A stretch of DNA of 64,000 bases. Origin: the human T2T-CHM13v2.0 reference genome, Homo sapiens. The translations under genes were made by a program, and so were the position numbers. The stretch lies in NCBI RefSeq assembly GCF_009914755.1, contig NC_060928.1; one strand, 5' to 3'. Positions 37,887 through 55,309 of the stretch are shown here, piece after piece (position 1 is the stretch's first letter; each line of letters begins with the position of its first letter). The notes beneath the pieces are model-generated. The model searched no databases. It was given only the letters and a program-made list of their open reading frames with translations, and was not told the origin of the DNA.

Positions 37887-39509
37887 ATAACCATGTAAGA
37901 CTGTTATGTGGATCAAATTAATTAATGCAAGTAAAGGGCCTAGGACACAAGCTGGTACATAGTAGGAATTTTTAAAGTGTCTGTACTTATTGTAATTGTT
38001 AGAATTATATAAACACCAATGCACACAGGGGCTGTTGAATATTATTTGTTGTTGACTGCGTCTGTTGTTGTACAAGCACAGTGAAAGTCTCAATTTGGGA
38101 ACCCATACACAATTCCAGTCAGGTTAAGAGTGGCTCACATAGAATTGCAGGAACAAAAATCTTACTAAGTTTCACAGTACGTTATGCATAGTCCTTTGCT
38201 CTTAGCCACTGCTCAATAAGTGTAGAACCTAAAAATATAATTCAAAATGTTACCTGTTTGTTTAAATTCAACTGTTTGAACACAGATGCAAGGTTCTTGA
38301 GGGTCTAGGATGTCTCTGTGGATATTTCCTGAAATCAAGTAAATTTAAATAGCTCACCTTACCCTTCCCAAAAATGAAAAGTCTGCATTTAGCGCATGCA
38401 TGGGCAATGCCAAAGAAAAATACATGTTAATAAGCCAATATTTCTATAGGTCCGTATTCTACATTTTGCACAATGGATTCCTCTGGAGATGAGGGCCCAA
38501 AGCAGGAAAGCTTTTCTGAAAAAGTTCAAGGGAAGAAAAGGTTTCTCTAGGACACAACTCCTGCCTTTTTTAAATCTGCCAAACAGCAGTGGCCTTACCC
38601 TCTTTCCAAAGTGCTAGAGATTATTTAGGTAAACTCAGTTATTGGCAGTAATGAGGGTTTCAATTCAAAACCCTCTTTTGGGTAAAGTGATTCAGAGTGA
38701 GAAGTGTTATGTTTGATTTTTTTCTCACTGTGAAATCCAGATTTTGCAAGGCTATAATGTTCCATTTTCAGGAAGGCTGGCAGGGCCAACGTTTAAGTCT
38801 GGTTCAACCATGCTTAATGCTATATCCTGTCATTTTAAAGCCCCCTCCCATTTCTTTCTTTACTCACCTTTCTTCCCTTACACTTTGCCATTTAAGATAA
38901 ACTGAAAGATAATTATGACCCTGGTTTTTAGAGTCTCTTAATTCTGTTGTTTTAGACACATCCGAAGGCACTGAAGCATTTTTATTTTATTTTAACTTGT
39001 GCTTACCAAACCTGTATCATGCACTCCATTGGGCAGTGGGCTCCTTTGGGCTCTTTCCAGAAAATTAAAACCATAAATTAAATATAAATGGTCAAAGCCA
39101 CAGAACAAGCAAGGCCTTCTTAGTGTCCACAGAGAGGAGTTCTATTACCACCACTCGCTTTGGAGAAGAGGGAGGTTACCTGTAATTCTTGTTCTCTTGA
39201 AGGTGTATATTTTATAATAGGTCTCCATTCACCACCCTGCCTTCCCCAAGGAGTTCTTAGCTGCTTGATTTTCTTGGCTAGAGAAGAACTGGCAGTTAGG
39301 GGTTAGCAAATTCTTAGGACCCCTGGGGTAGATACATTGCAGTTCTAGCAAGAGTTCATACTCTCTTAAACTGTGTTTCTGGATTTTAATTTTGCCTCAA
39401 GCTGTATGTTAAGAGAAGCTCTCTCTGATGAGAATAACTCTGCACTTAGGGAGAAATGCTTCCCTCAAGATACCATGTCTTTATTAACAGAAATTTTCCC
39501 CTCACCTTG

Positions 39510-39825
39510 TTTATTTACATTTATTTATTTATTTATTTATTTTGAGACAGAGTCTTGCTCTCTCTCCCAGGTTAGAATGCAGTGGCACAATCTTTGCTCA
39601 CTACAACCTCCACCTCCTGGGTTCAAGCAATTCTCCTCCCTCTGCCTCCCTGGTAGCTGGGATTACAGGCATGCATCATCATGCCCAGCTAATTTTTGTA
39701 ATTTTAGTAGAGATGAGGTTTTGCCATGTTGGCCAGGCTAGTCTCGAACTCCTGACCTCAGGTGATCTGCCTGCTTCAGCCTCCCAAAGTGCTAGGATTA
39801 CAGGCATGAGCCAGCGCGCCCAGCC
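39510..39825 (-). mobile_element. AluSx-like with (TTTA)n tail
   Basis: Antisense Alu with 'ctcctgacctcaggtgatctgcc'. Confidence 0.95.
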
Positions 39826-40179
39826 ATCCTATCCTTTTAAAATAATAGCAATAAGACATGAAGGAAACTCAAACATTTTTTAAGACCCCAGGATTCCCCA
39901 AACTTCTATTCCCTTGAGCCCAAACCATGCAGATTAATATACATGGGGACACATTTCAGTCTCTCTCCCTTACCAAAATTAACAACCTTTTGAAGCAAAA
40001 GTGTCAACTCATTTTGGCTCACCTGGCATCTCCTATTGATGGATAGTGGCTGCCTGCTTAGGAGAGTGGAGGCCAGATGCAGACTCAGCAGGAAGCAGTG
40101 TGGTGATTGATTAATGATGTCTGCTGCAGTGGAGGACAAGGGAGTGGCAGCATTTGTGCTGTGTATTTGCCATTCCTGG

Positions 40180-40275
40180 TAAGGACTGTGTGTTATTCAT
40201 CTCTGTGTCCCTGTGCCTAGCATGGTGCCTGGCACAGAGCGGGTGCTCCATAAATATTTGTTGAACTGAATTGAA
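40180..40275 (+). mobile_element. L2 3' terminus
   Basis: 'gtgcctagcatggtgcctggcacagagcgggtgctccataaatatttgttgaactgaattgaa'. Confidence 0.8.
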
Positions 40276-43200
40276 CTAAACTTTCCAACCAACTCCCTCT
40301 TTATAAACACCGCAATGGTTTTCTCTGAGTCAGAAGGTATGGTGGTAGTTCATCTCTTGGTAGAAAGCAGTGATAGTAAGAAATTCTCCAAGGGTTGAAT
40401 TGTTATGGGGACAGTAGGTTCAATTACCTCAGAAACTGTTCAGTTACTCTGCCATGGACCCAATGTCTATTAAACGAGCCTTTCATTACCATCAGCTCTT
40501 TGCTGTTGTCCTACTACCTCCCCCCAAATAACTAAATCATGTCTCCATGTGCCTAGCTGCTGGCTGACGTCCTGCTGTGACACATCTCTCAGTGCCCTAA
40601 CACAGATCTGCCTCACAACATTAACCACTGACAACCATGTATCTTTTGCTTATATGATCTATGCATTGGGTTAGACCCATACACTCACCGCCCTACCTCT
40701 GAGCATGGGAGAGCCTTTGGATCTTGTGCTTCAGACAAACTTCTGCTTTGCGGTAGCACCCAGTTTCTGAGTCTACTCAACACCACTTTGTTCTCCTACC
40801 TTTTCCCACCCTCATTCCCCTTCATCATCATGCATCAGTGACTTATTATTTTATGTATTCAATATCCCTGTAATGACCAAAGTTTCATGATATTCTATGC
40901 CACAGTGAGGTGAGTTGGATATTTGGAGTTGAGTAGTCCTGGTTTAAGCCTTATCTTTACTATTTAGTATCTCTCTGCTCCAACACAAGTTGTTAACCTA
41001 TTGTGTGGCTTGCTTTTTATGTGTATTTTTGAATTAAAACATAAATGCAGATAACAATAGCACCTACTTTAAAGTATTGCTGGGAGAATTAATGAATGCA
41101 TTATGCCTTGAATCTAGTAGAAATTGAATGAATAATAGCAATTATTAGTATCTTGTCCCAGGGTCTACACTGCATTAGAATTAAGAAAATAGATATGCCC
41201 TAAAGAGTCATACAAAAAACATAGGATCAGACTCCAGCTCATAATAACAAAACCATCGGAGGCTCTTTGAGATCATATTTATGAAACAGCAATGATTCAG
41301 CAAAGGTAATCAAATCCTCCAGCAGAAAAATCAATTGAAAACTACTCACTAATGGAGGGGAAAAGAGTAACCAAAGGGAGATTTGAAGAAGATTGCATAC
41401 TCTTAATTTCTATTACTCTTTATCATTTTCATTATCTTACTTGCTCCTCACCACCATGTTCCCATTTTTACATATGAGGGTATTAAAGCTGGAAGGTGTT
41501 AATCAGCTTGCCCATGGCCAGACCCCCAATAAGTTGTGCACCTCAACCCAGGTCTTCTGCCCAGCTCTCGTTCCTCACCAGGTTGTCTCTTTACAGAAAT
41601 ATCTGAAAGGAATGAACAGGACCCTCACCAAGTAGGCTAATAAAAGCTTGGAAGGATGGAGCTTGTTGTTCTCACTCTGGAGACCTTCTCTAGTGCTGAG
41701 TACAGGACTCTGAGGATTTCCGTGCCATAACTTCTTCCCTTTCTGTACAGAGATCCTGGCTAGTGGGCCTTTTCCAGAGGCCCTCGACAACTGAGGGGGC
41801 CATGGTGTCATTGCGTCATCAGGCCACAGCCAGGCTCAGAGTGTCTGCCTCTGCAGAAACACTCCTGAACAAGCATCAGGAGAATGCCTTTCCCCAGTCT
41901 AGTGTAGAGTGTGATGGAAGAAAAATAGCAAATATGCCCATCATGAGGATGCAAACTTCAGCTGGGCCTGTTAGAACAACACCAACCTTTTTCTAAGGTA
42001 CCCAAAGTCCAAAGCTTGTGTTTTCAGTTGCTCCTCAGAAATGTGTTTGAATAGAAATCGTTCTGAGGGCAGGCCTTCCCATGAAGGAGAGATTACTTGC
42101 CAGCTCTTTTTCATGAGCCGATTATCCTGTCCTTCCTTAAAGAGTTTCCACACCAAGGATGTGACATTTGCCTTGCCTCTCATGGTTTCAAACCAAAGAT
42201 TGAAGAACAGAGATTCACTGGTTGTCATGTAACAAAACCAGGCTCAAATTAGCTGCACGTCACTGGGGAGTGATGAGAGTAATGGAAAAATATTAAAAAA
42301 TATCTCATGGAAAATAAGAGCAGAGAATGTGGCTGGGTACCATAAGTCACTGAGGTCAATAAAATGACAATTTTTAGGGTTGAGAACCACGTTCTTTCCA
42401 TCTACCTCAGCTTCATAGTTTTGTGTTAGTGGTTTTTTGGTTGTGTTTTGTTTTATCTGTGCTTCTTGATCCATTCACCTTTTCTTGTGTGTAGCTTTCA
42501 CATAACTATGAAGCAGGTGACCCTAAACATCCCACCAGTTAAGGCATTCAACAGAGATTGGATAGAGCAACTGTAGCCAACTAATACTTATGGAAGGAAT
42601 AAACTGATTGATCCAGTGTTACTTCTACTGAACCAAGTGTTTTTATCTGTAGGGAATGAGAGTCAAAGAGTGAAAACATTGTTGCAGGAATCACTCTGGG
42701 GAATGAGAGGCAGAGGTTTTCAAAGCAGGGTCACAGACTAGTAGACATCCCAAGATGTCTATCTGGAGCATCATATAACTTTAGAACAGAAAGAGGCTTC
42801 TCAAGAGCATTATCAGGAGCACTGATAATATCCCAAAAACTTACAGTGTCCTTGCAAAGTAAGTGTCTCTTCCCCAGAGGGAAGAGGGTAAGAAGAGTAA
42901 GACCTGGAGAGGTTAATTTACTCAAGATTATGCCTTCTGCAGCAGAAGTCATCAGTAGCAAAACCCATCTTTTCTTCTGCCAGACGTCCTCACAGAGAAA
43001 TCTGTTACCTAAATGGATTTACCACTGCCCAGGTTCTAGCCCTCAACCTGCAGGCCCAGAAACCTGATATACCAACACAGAGAACACATCCATGTCTTTC
43101 AGTAGACACATACAAGTTCACAGGGATCCATGAAACACAAGATGCCTATCTACTCATCTACAAAGAGATGCTCTACCACAATTTATACCACAAACTCGCA

Positions 43201-45126
43201 ATCTCCAAGTGGCCTAAATTGCATGTTACCTTCTTACAAGAAGACTGACTTGGGAAGAGATTTCCAAGTACATGGAATTAGAATAGGGGTATTTCCTATA
43301 TAACTCAAATGTTTCATCTTACATAACAGTAGTACCCTGATGTGACCATCTGTATAATCAAAATGGACCTACTCCTAGATCTTGGTACTTGGTATCTCAA
43401 GACCCAGACATCCTCTATTCAGTGCAGCTCTTGGATGCGCATTGCCAATGTGTGTCTCTATGACTCTCCTTCTCCTTAGCTTCTGCTCAGCAAGCCCATT
43501 TCTGATTGGCATATCTTTTCTTGTAGGTTAACCCATTTAGTTACTGCTTGCTCCTGCCTGGAAACAAATTTATCTTTTCAAAATAATTTTTCCTATGTCT
43601 TCTCTCATCCAGCCTGTTTTGCGATTAAACTCTCTAAGGGAAACCTAGAGTTTGGGGTCTGCTTCATCCTTGCCCCTGTACCTACCACCCATAACCAGAT
43701 CTGCATATTTAAAATGCAACTGGACATTAAAGCCATTACAGAAGCTTTCCAAATGGGCAAATATTTGCCTCAATTATTCTATTTACAATTCCAAAAATAT
43801 TTCTTCTGTTGAAGTCTGTGTACAAGAAGTGGCTCCAAAACCATTTTTAAGGGAGTTTTGACATCAATGAAACGTTATGCTGGCAGGGAGAGTGAAGTGC
43901 TTGATTAATAAAGAGTCTCAGTGTTTTCAAACACATATTCCAAGCAGCCTCATTTGAAGAAAACCACAAACGGAGAATGCTTTGCTGCTCACAGTCACAA
44001 GGGGGTTGTGTATTTCATTCCCGCTTACACAGTCCGCTTACTTTGGAGCTTGGGTAGGAAAGAAACATGGCCAGCCAGCAGAAATAAGGCTACATTCAGT
44101 GACCCTACCCTTCCACCCATTGGCCTGATGGGAGAACTTTTTTACCCCTTAATGCTACTGTTTTCTTAGTTTTTAACCTTTTAATACTTAATAATTCTCT
44201 AAAAGACCATCCTGAGAGGAAAGAAGGGGACACCTTACGACTTCATTGTGTTAGCAATTGAGGATTCTGAGATTCCTAATTTCAGAATTTCCAGTCAGTG
44301 GTGTTGGCATGTCATACAGAAACGTAATTGAGCATGTTCATGTTAATTACTTTGAAGTGCTTTCCTCTTTTCCAGTGCTTTACAAAAACACAGCAACTTA
44401 AATTGGGTCATTATTTCATGTGTCTAAGATCCTACTCGGCTACTTAAGGGAGCCATGGAAATGCAGTCAGAAGAATTAATTTAAAATGGTTCCAATATTT
44501 CCCCATAAAGGAAAAATGTAAATAAAAAAATATATTGGCAATGTAATTACTAGAACTGGGACTTATAATAATGATGATAATAAACAAAACACCATCTTTA
44601 AATTCCCCTTTCAATTCACTAATATATTTTGGGTGCCAGCAATGTCTAGACATCTCCAGTTTTATTTACCTTGCATCTTGTTTAATTCTCTCAACAATCC
44701 CACAAAATATGGAATCATCATGCCTCTGAGGCACAGAGAGGTTAATGACTTATCTGAAGTCACGCAGCTAATTCACGGGAGAACAGATCTGTGGATAAAA
44801 ATCTTCTAAATCCTTGACCAAAGCTGCTTCTTTTAGTGCCCCATGTTTATCAGGAGCAAGAAATAACTTGTTAAATTATTATTATTATTATTATTTTGCA
44901 GGAAAATGAGATGAATGGGTACACAAATCTGGCTACCATACTTGTTTTCTCCATAAGTTTTAATCTACTTCTACTACATATTCATGGGTCCTTTGTCCAG
45001 TCAAATCCTTAACTAATTAATTTACAAAACTTCCCTGGTGCTTTGTGTTTCATCTATTCTATTCATTCCTTCATCATACACACACACAAACACATACACA
45101 CACACACACAAACACACATGTACATA

Positions 45127-45460
45127 CAGTCGGCCCTCCATATTTTTTGGTCCCACATCAATAGATTAAACCAACTGAGGATCAAAAATGTTTGGATAAA
45201 AACATTCTACCAAGTTCCAAAAAGTAAAAGTTGAATTTGCCATGCACCAAGACCTATGTTGAATCCATGCTAATGAAGTGATGTGTAGACATTGCATTAG
45301 TTATTATAAGTAATCTATACAGAAGATTTAAAGTATATAAGAAGGTGTGTGTAGTTTATATGCACATACTCCATTTAACATAAGAGATTGACCATTCACA
45401 GATTTTGGTATCTCCAGGGGGTCCTGGAACCAATCCTCCATGGATACCAAGGAACGACTA
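45127..45460. mobile_element. MER2B-like TcMar-Tigger element flanked by (CA)n and (TG)n
   Basis: TIRs 'cagtcggccctccata' ... 'tggataccaaggaacgacta'; internal 'gattttggtatctccagggggtcctggaaccaatcc'. Confidence 0.9.
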
Positions 45461-46569
45461 TGTGTGTGTGTATGTGTGTGTGTGTGTATATATGTGTGTA
45501 TGTGCGTGTGTGTATAGGTATATATATGTGTATATGTATGTGTGTGTGTATATATATATATATGTACTCAGAATCAGCAACCTATGTGTATATACATAGT
45601 TGCTTGGAATCAGCAAGCTCCATGTATACAAACAAACACACACATACACGCTTATAATTCGGGGGCAGTCTACTCATCTATTTGGGAGACCGACCTCTCC
45701 CACTATTAATTCTCCTAGTTAGTCCTCCCCACTTCAGTGTTGCACATGTGCACCAGGCCTGGCCAGTGTGCATATATCCATTTCCCTGGCCACAGCGTAA
45801 TAACCTGACCAATGCAGAGCCAAAATCTTCCCTGAGAATTTTGTGCAATGATCTGGAAAGGACGTGGTTGTAACCTCTGAGATTACACAGAAATGATGGA
45901 ACGAGAAAGCCTGAAACTGCCAGAGCCATTTTTAATACAACAAAAAGATCGCCTGCCTGAGATTGAAAACAACACAATGGAAAGTGGACACAACAGATAA
46001 AGAGAAAAGAGTTTTCCCACAGATAGCTTTAACCCTTAAATAGCTTTGAGTCACATGAGCTAGTTCATTTTTTTGAGTAAGTTGGCAGATTTGTGTTTTT
46101 TAAAACCCAAAGAATCATGAATAAATGCATCTTTCTTCTGTGTTTACATCTCTAACCCACAGAACCACAGGACATTGAAATATGCCTCAAGAATTCTCCC
46201 ATAATCTTGGTTCTTGACCACCTGTAGCTCCACTCATCACACCCAGACTCAGTTTTACTTTCCTGGCTTCTGATCTCCTCGGCTGCATTTAAGGATGATA
46301 TTCAGTCTCCAATTTCTTGGCTCTATTCTTAGTGTTTCTTTCTGACTATGACTTTGACTTTATCTTTAGTTTTGTTTATTTCAAGCAACCTATCTGGTTT
46401 AGTGCTTCAACCCCAAATTCTGGAGCCTCCTACTCAACCCTATCACCCTCCTCTACCTGCCTTTTTATTTGTGATCTTCCCAATCTCATTAAATATATAC
46501 AAATTTGACACTCCCTTAATTCTGTACATTTTCAAATATCTTGTCAAATATTCTTTCTCCTTTATGTCT

Positions 46570-47150
46570 AAATAACTCTATGCAAAAAATTTTGTACACC
46601 TTGAAGAAATGTATGCTTTCCCTGAAAAAAATATAAATGAACAAAACTTACACATGAAAATTTAGAAAGCCTAAAGTGCTCAATAACTATGGAATTTGTT
46701 GAAAGGCAAAAATAAATTACTTCCCCAAAGACTCTAATTTCACATAATTTTATGACTACACTGTTTCAAGTTAAAGTTATAGATTATTTATACATCATTT
46801 AAACTGGTTCAGAGAATACAAAGAGGAACACCTCTAAATTCCAGAAGATATATAAGTATAACCATGATGTAGAAACCTAACAAAGTGAGCCTATAATAAA
46901 AGAATTAAAAAGTTAAACGACAGATACTGTCACTTATGAGTTGTGATCCCAACATCCTCTATAAAATTCTAGCATATTTAGCACACAGTATGGTAAAATA
47001 ATACACTACTATCAGGTATATATTTAACAATAGTTCATGACACAGAAAACAAACTTTTAGTAAACAAGGAATAGAATAAATTTTCCTTAATATAATTTAC
47101 TCTAACCAAATATTTCCCTTAAAATCAAACAGGAGATAAATCATAATACC
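46570..47150 (+). mobile_element. Old L1M ORF2 fragment
   Basis: 'aactctatgcaaaaaattt...gaagaaatg' and 'aaactggttcagagaatacaaagagg'. Confidence 0.55.
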
Positions 47151-49264
47151 TTCATTAGTATGTGCATTTGCTCTTAATGTTCTTCACTAGGAGAGCTTAA
47201 GTGATTTTCACAGGGTTACTCAATAGGCAGGTGAAAGAGTTGATATCCCACAGAGCAAGCTCTGGCTCTGAAGCCTGAAATTTCTGTATTATTCTTAGCC
47301 CTCAGAGGTGGATATCCTCAGTTTTTTCTTAGTCAGCATCCTTCCCATTTTCTGGCAAGATTTTTTTGGGAAATTATCTCTCACCTGTCAGATAGAATCT
47401 TGATGGCCTAACAATCAAGCCATCCCGCCCTCTGGCCAGGGAGTAGGCATACAACCAATAAATGGGACTTCCTTTCCCTTCCCTTCTCTTGTTTCTTTCT
47501 TTCTTTCTTTCTGTCTCTCTCTCTCTCTCTTTTTCTTCCCCTATTCTGTGGAACTTCAATCTTTAGACTAAGTAGACTAAATGATTCAATCTGATTTATC
47601 CTGAAGGGTAAAGTCTTAGTAGACTATCCTTTAATTCCTAGAGTTTTCTCATTTCTTTCCTTTTTGGAGGCCTCATTTTAATGTCCTTTCAATCTTTGAG
47701 TGACTTCCAAATCCTTCCTTAAAAATCATTTAAAAAAGACATTTTGTTAAAGTGAGCCAGTGTATGTTTCTATCACTTGTAAATAACCCTAGCCAGTATG
47801 TCTGTACCTCAGTCAAGTAAGCTAGAACTCTGAATTCAAGTACCTTTTCTTAGCCAACACTATCCATCAGTTCATGCAGTCTGTGGATTTTACTTACACA
47901 ATATGTTTGGTCTTCTTTTCTTTCCTTTCCCTTTCTGCTACTGCCCTAGTTTAAGTTATCATTACCTCCTGCCTGAACATTGGCCTCCTACCCTTTTCTC
48001 TTGCCTGTAGTCTCTTTCTCTCTTATCCATTCCACCAATTGTCAGATTATTGGTGCACTAAGAATATTCTTGATGATGTGACTACTCTGTCCCGAATTTG
48101 TATTTCAAACACAATTAAATCTGAAATCCAAAAGACAATCTGACAATCCTGAGCCTATACCTCTAACCTTAACCCTCTCTTCTTTTATTTTTTTCACTGT
48201 GCTCTAGTCAAATGAATAATCTGTTGTTTTCTTCAAGACACTATGCATTCTTGTCTTTGAGCCTAACCAAAATGCTTTTTGCCATATCTTACAATCCTCA
48301 TGCAGCCAAATATTACTTATATTTAGAGGTCACACATAATTACCATTTCCCCCAGAAACCTACCCCAAAAGCTGAATATCTCATCTGCTTCATCTGCATT
48401 CTCTAAAGCTTCATCTCCACCTATCTTGTCAGCTTTAGATAGCACTTCCTACTCCTATTTTATGTAAACAAGAACATATTTCCTTTTCCCACAGCAAGAC
48501 CATGACATGTTTTTCAGGACAACTGGAATAAAAAAAAAACTGGGTAATTACACAGGAATGGAAGGCTATATCCACACCAAGATATTCCCTAAACTCAGCC
48601 CATTGAACCCAGGAAGATAGATGGGGTGTGGTCACTGAGACTATTTCTGAGAAGGCCCTGTATGTATGAAGACTTCTTTGAGCTTGTAACTCCATTTGTG
48701 AATTGTGTGGTCACAGCCTGGTGACCAATGTGGTCAGCTGAAAGTACACCCGTGGCCACACACATGTATGATGGACTGCCAAGGATGAGTGACAGCAGCA
48801 CCATTGTTGAAAGAAGCTGAATAAAAAATGTACGTCATTCTTGAAACTTACACTTCTAAGCCTTCTTTGTTTGCTTTGTGGATGACATACCTCAAGCCTC
48901 CAAAAAGCCCTAATACCAAAGTGCATAGAGCAGAGTAGTCTAGACCTAGGGAGAACTCAGGTTTTAAAATCAGACAAACTCCAATTTAACTTCTAGTAGA
49001 CCATGTATTAGTTATGCAGATTATCAATCTTTTCCTTTAACTATAAAGTGGGTATCAAAATACTGACCAAGAAGTTCATTTTAAAAATCAAACAAGATTA
49101 TGCATATCTAATGTCTACCACAGTGTTGAGCAATTTAATGTGCTTATGCTAATAATTGTCTTAACACCGTAGATATTTTTATCTAAACTTAAAAAAAAAT
49201 ACTATGAAATGAAGATAACTTCAAAAATAGTTACTTTTTTTTTTTTTTTTAAGAAATTGATCAG

Positions 49265-50163
49265 GGAGCCAAGATGGCCGAATAGGAACAGCTGCCGTCT
49301 ACAGCTCCCAGCGTGAGCGACGCAGAAGACGGGTGATTTCTGCATTTCCATCTGAGGCACTGGGTTCATCTCACTAGGGAGTGCCAGACAGTGGGCGCAG
49401 GTCAGTGGGTGCATGCACAGTGCGCGAGCTGAAGCAGGGCAAGGCATTGCCTCACTCGGGAAGTGCAAGGGGTCAGGGAGCTCCCTTTCCTAGTCAAAGA
49501 AAGGGGTGACAGACGGCACCTGGAAAATTGGGTCACTCCCACCCGAATACTGCGCTTTTCCAACGGGCTGAAAAAACGGCGCACCACGAGATTATATCCT
49601 GCACCTGGCTTGGAGGGTCCTACGCCCACGGAGTCTTGCTGATTGCTAGCACAGCAGTCTGAGATCAAACTGCAGGGCGGCAGCGAGGCTGGGAGAGGGG
49701 CGCCCGCCATTGCCCAGGCTTGCTTGGGTAAACAAAGCAGCCAGGAAGCTCGAACTGGGTGGAGCCCACCACAGCTCAAGGAGGCCTGCGTGCCTCTGTA
49801 GGCTCCACCTCTGGGGGCAGGGCACAGACAAACAAAAAGACAGCAGTAACCTGCAGACTTAAATGTCCCTGTCTGACAGCTTTGAAGAGAGCAGTGGTTC
49901 TCCCAGCACGCAGCTGGAGATCTGAGAACGGGCAGACTGCCTCCTCAAGTGGGTCCCTGTCCCCTGACCCCCGAGCAGCCTAACTGGGAGGCACCCCCCA
50001 GCAGGGGCAGACTGACACCTCACACGGCTGGGTACTCCAACAGACCTGCAGCTGAGGGTCCTGTCTGTTAGAAGGAAAACTAACAAACAGAAAGGACATC
50101 CACACCAAAAACCCATCTGTACATCACCATCATCAAAGACCAAAAGTAGATAAAACCACAAAG
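49265..50163 (+). promoter_or_regulatory. L1 5' UTR internal sense/antisense promoter with intact YY1 site
   Basis: YY1 motif caagatggccg at 49270-49280; locally CpG-rich. Confidence 0.85.
49402..49710 (-). CDS. ORF0: L1 antisense ORF0-like reading frame, open, 102 aa
   Basis: MAGAPLPASLPPCSLISDCCASNQQDSVGVGPS... matches the N-terminus of primate L1 ORF0. Expression unknown. Confidence 0.55.
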   Translation of the reverse strand: MAGAPLPASLPPCSLISDCCASNQQDSVGVGPSKPGAGYNLVVRRFFSPLEKRSIRVGVTQFSRCRLSPLSLTRKGSSLTPCTSRVRQCLALLQLAHCACTH

Positions 50164-51181
50164 ATGGGGAAAAAACAGAGCAGAAAAACTGGAAACTCTA
50201 AAAAGCAGAGCACCTCTCCTCCTCCAAAGGAACGCAGTTCCTCACCAGCAACGGAACAAAGCTGGACAGAGAATGACTTTGACGAGCTGAGAGAAGAAGG
50301 CTTCAGATGATCAAATGACTCTGAGCTACGGGAGGACATTGAAACCAAAGGCAAAGAAGTTGAAAACTTTGAAAAAAAATTTAGAAGAATGTATAACTAG
50401 AATAACCAATACAGAGAAGTGCTTAAAGGAGCTGATGGAGCTGAAAACCAAGGCTCGAGAACTACGTGAAGAATGCAGAAGCCTCAAGAGCCAATGCAAT
50501 CAACTGGAAGAAAGGGTATCAGTGATGGAAGATGAAATGAATGAAATGAAGCGAGAAGGGAAGTTTAGAGAAAAAAGAATAAAACGAAACGAGCAAAGCC
50601 TACAAGAAATATGGGACTATGTGAAAAGACCAAATCTATGTCTGACTGGTGTACCTGAAAGTGACAGGGAGAATGGAACCAAGTTGGAAAACACTCTGCA
50701 GGATATTATCCAGGAGAACTTCCCCAATCTAGCAAGGCAGGCCAACATTCAGATTCAGGAAATACAGAGAACGCCACAAAGATACTCCTCGAGAAGAGCA
50801 ACTCCAAAACACATAATTGTCAGATTCGTCAAAGTTGAAATGAAGGAAAAAATGTTAAGGGCAGCCAGAGAGAAAAGTCGGGTTACCCTCAAAGGGAAGC
50901 CCGTCAGACTAACAGCGGATCTCTCAGCAGAAACTCTACAGGCCAGAAGAGAGTGGAGGCCAATATTCAACATTCTTAAAGAAAAGGATTTTGAACCCAG
51001 AATTTCATATCCAGCCAAACTAAGCTTCATAAGTGAAGGAGAAATAAACTACTTTACAGACAAGCAAATGCTGAGAGATTTTGTCACCACCAGGCCTGCC
51101 CTAAAAGAGCTCCTGAAGGAAGTGCTAAACTTGGAAAGGAACAACCGATACCAGCCACTGCAAAATCATACCAAAATGTAA
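50164..51181 (+). pseudogene. ORF1: L1 ORF1p (RNA-binding chaperone), disabled
   Basis: ATGGGGAAAAAACAG at 50164; CGA>TGA stop at codon 49 (50308-50310); +1 A in the run at 50372-50379. The rest matches the 288-aa track ORF ending ...LQNHTKM. Confidence 0.95.
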
Positions 51182-51229
51182 AGACCATCGAGACTAGGAA
51201 GAAACTGCATCAACTAACGAGCAAAATAA

Positions 51230-55078
<3,849 letters not shown>

Positions 55079-55309
55079 GAACACATGGACACAGGAAGGG
55101 GAACATCACACTCTGGGGACTGTTGTGGGGTGGGGGGAGGGGGGAGGGATGGCATTGGGAGATATACCTAATGCGAGATGACGAGTTAGTGGGTGCAGCG
55201 CACCAGCATGGCACATGTATACATATGTAACTAACCTGCACATTGTGCACATGTACCCTAAAACTTAAAGTATAATAATAATAATAAAAAAAAAAGAAAC
55301 TGATCAGAT

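Noticed and set aside
41735-42300. Possible splice acceptor (ctttctgtacag) and C/EBP-ATF-like ATTGCGTCAT in unique DNA
   Set aside because: Single short motifs are expected by chance; no matching donor site or coding signal.
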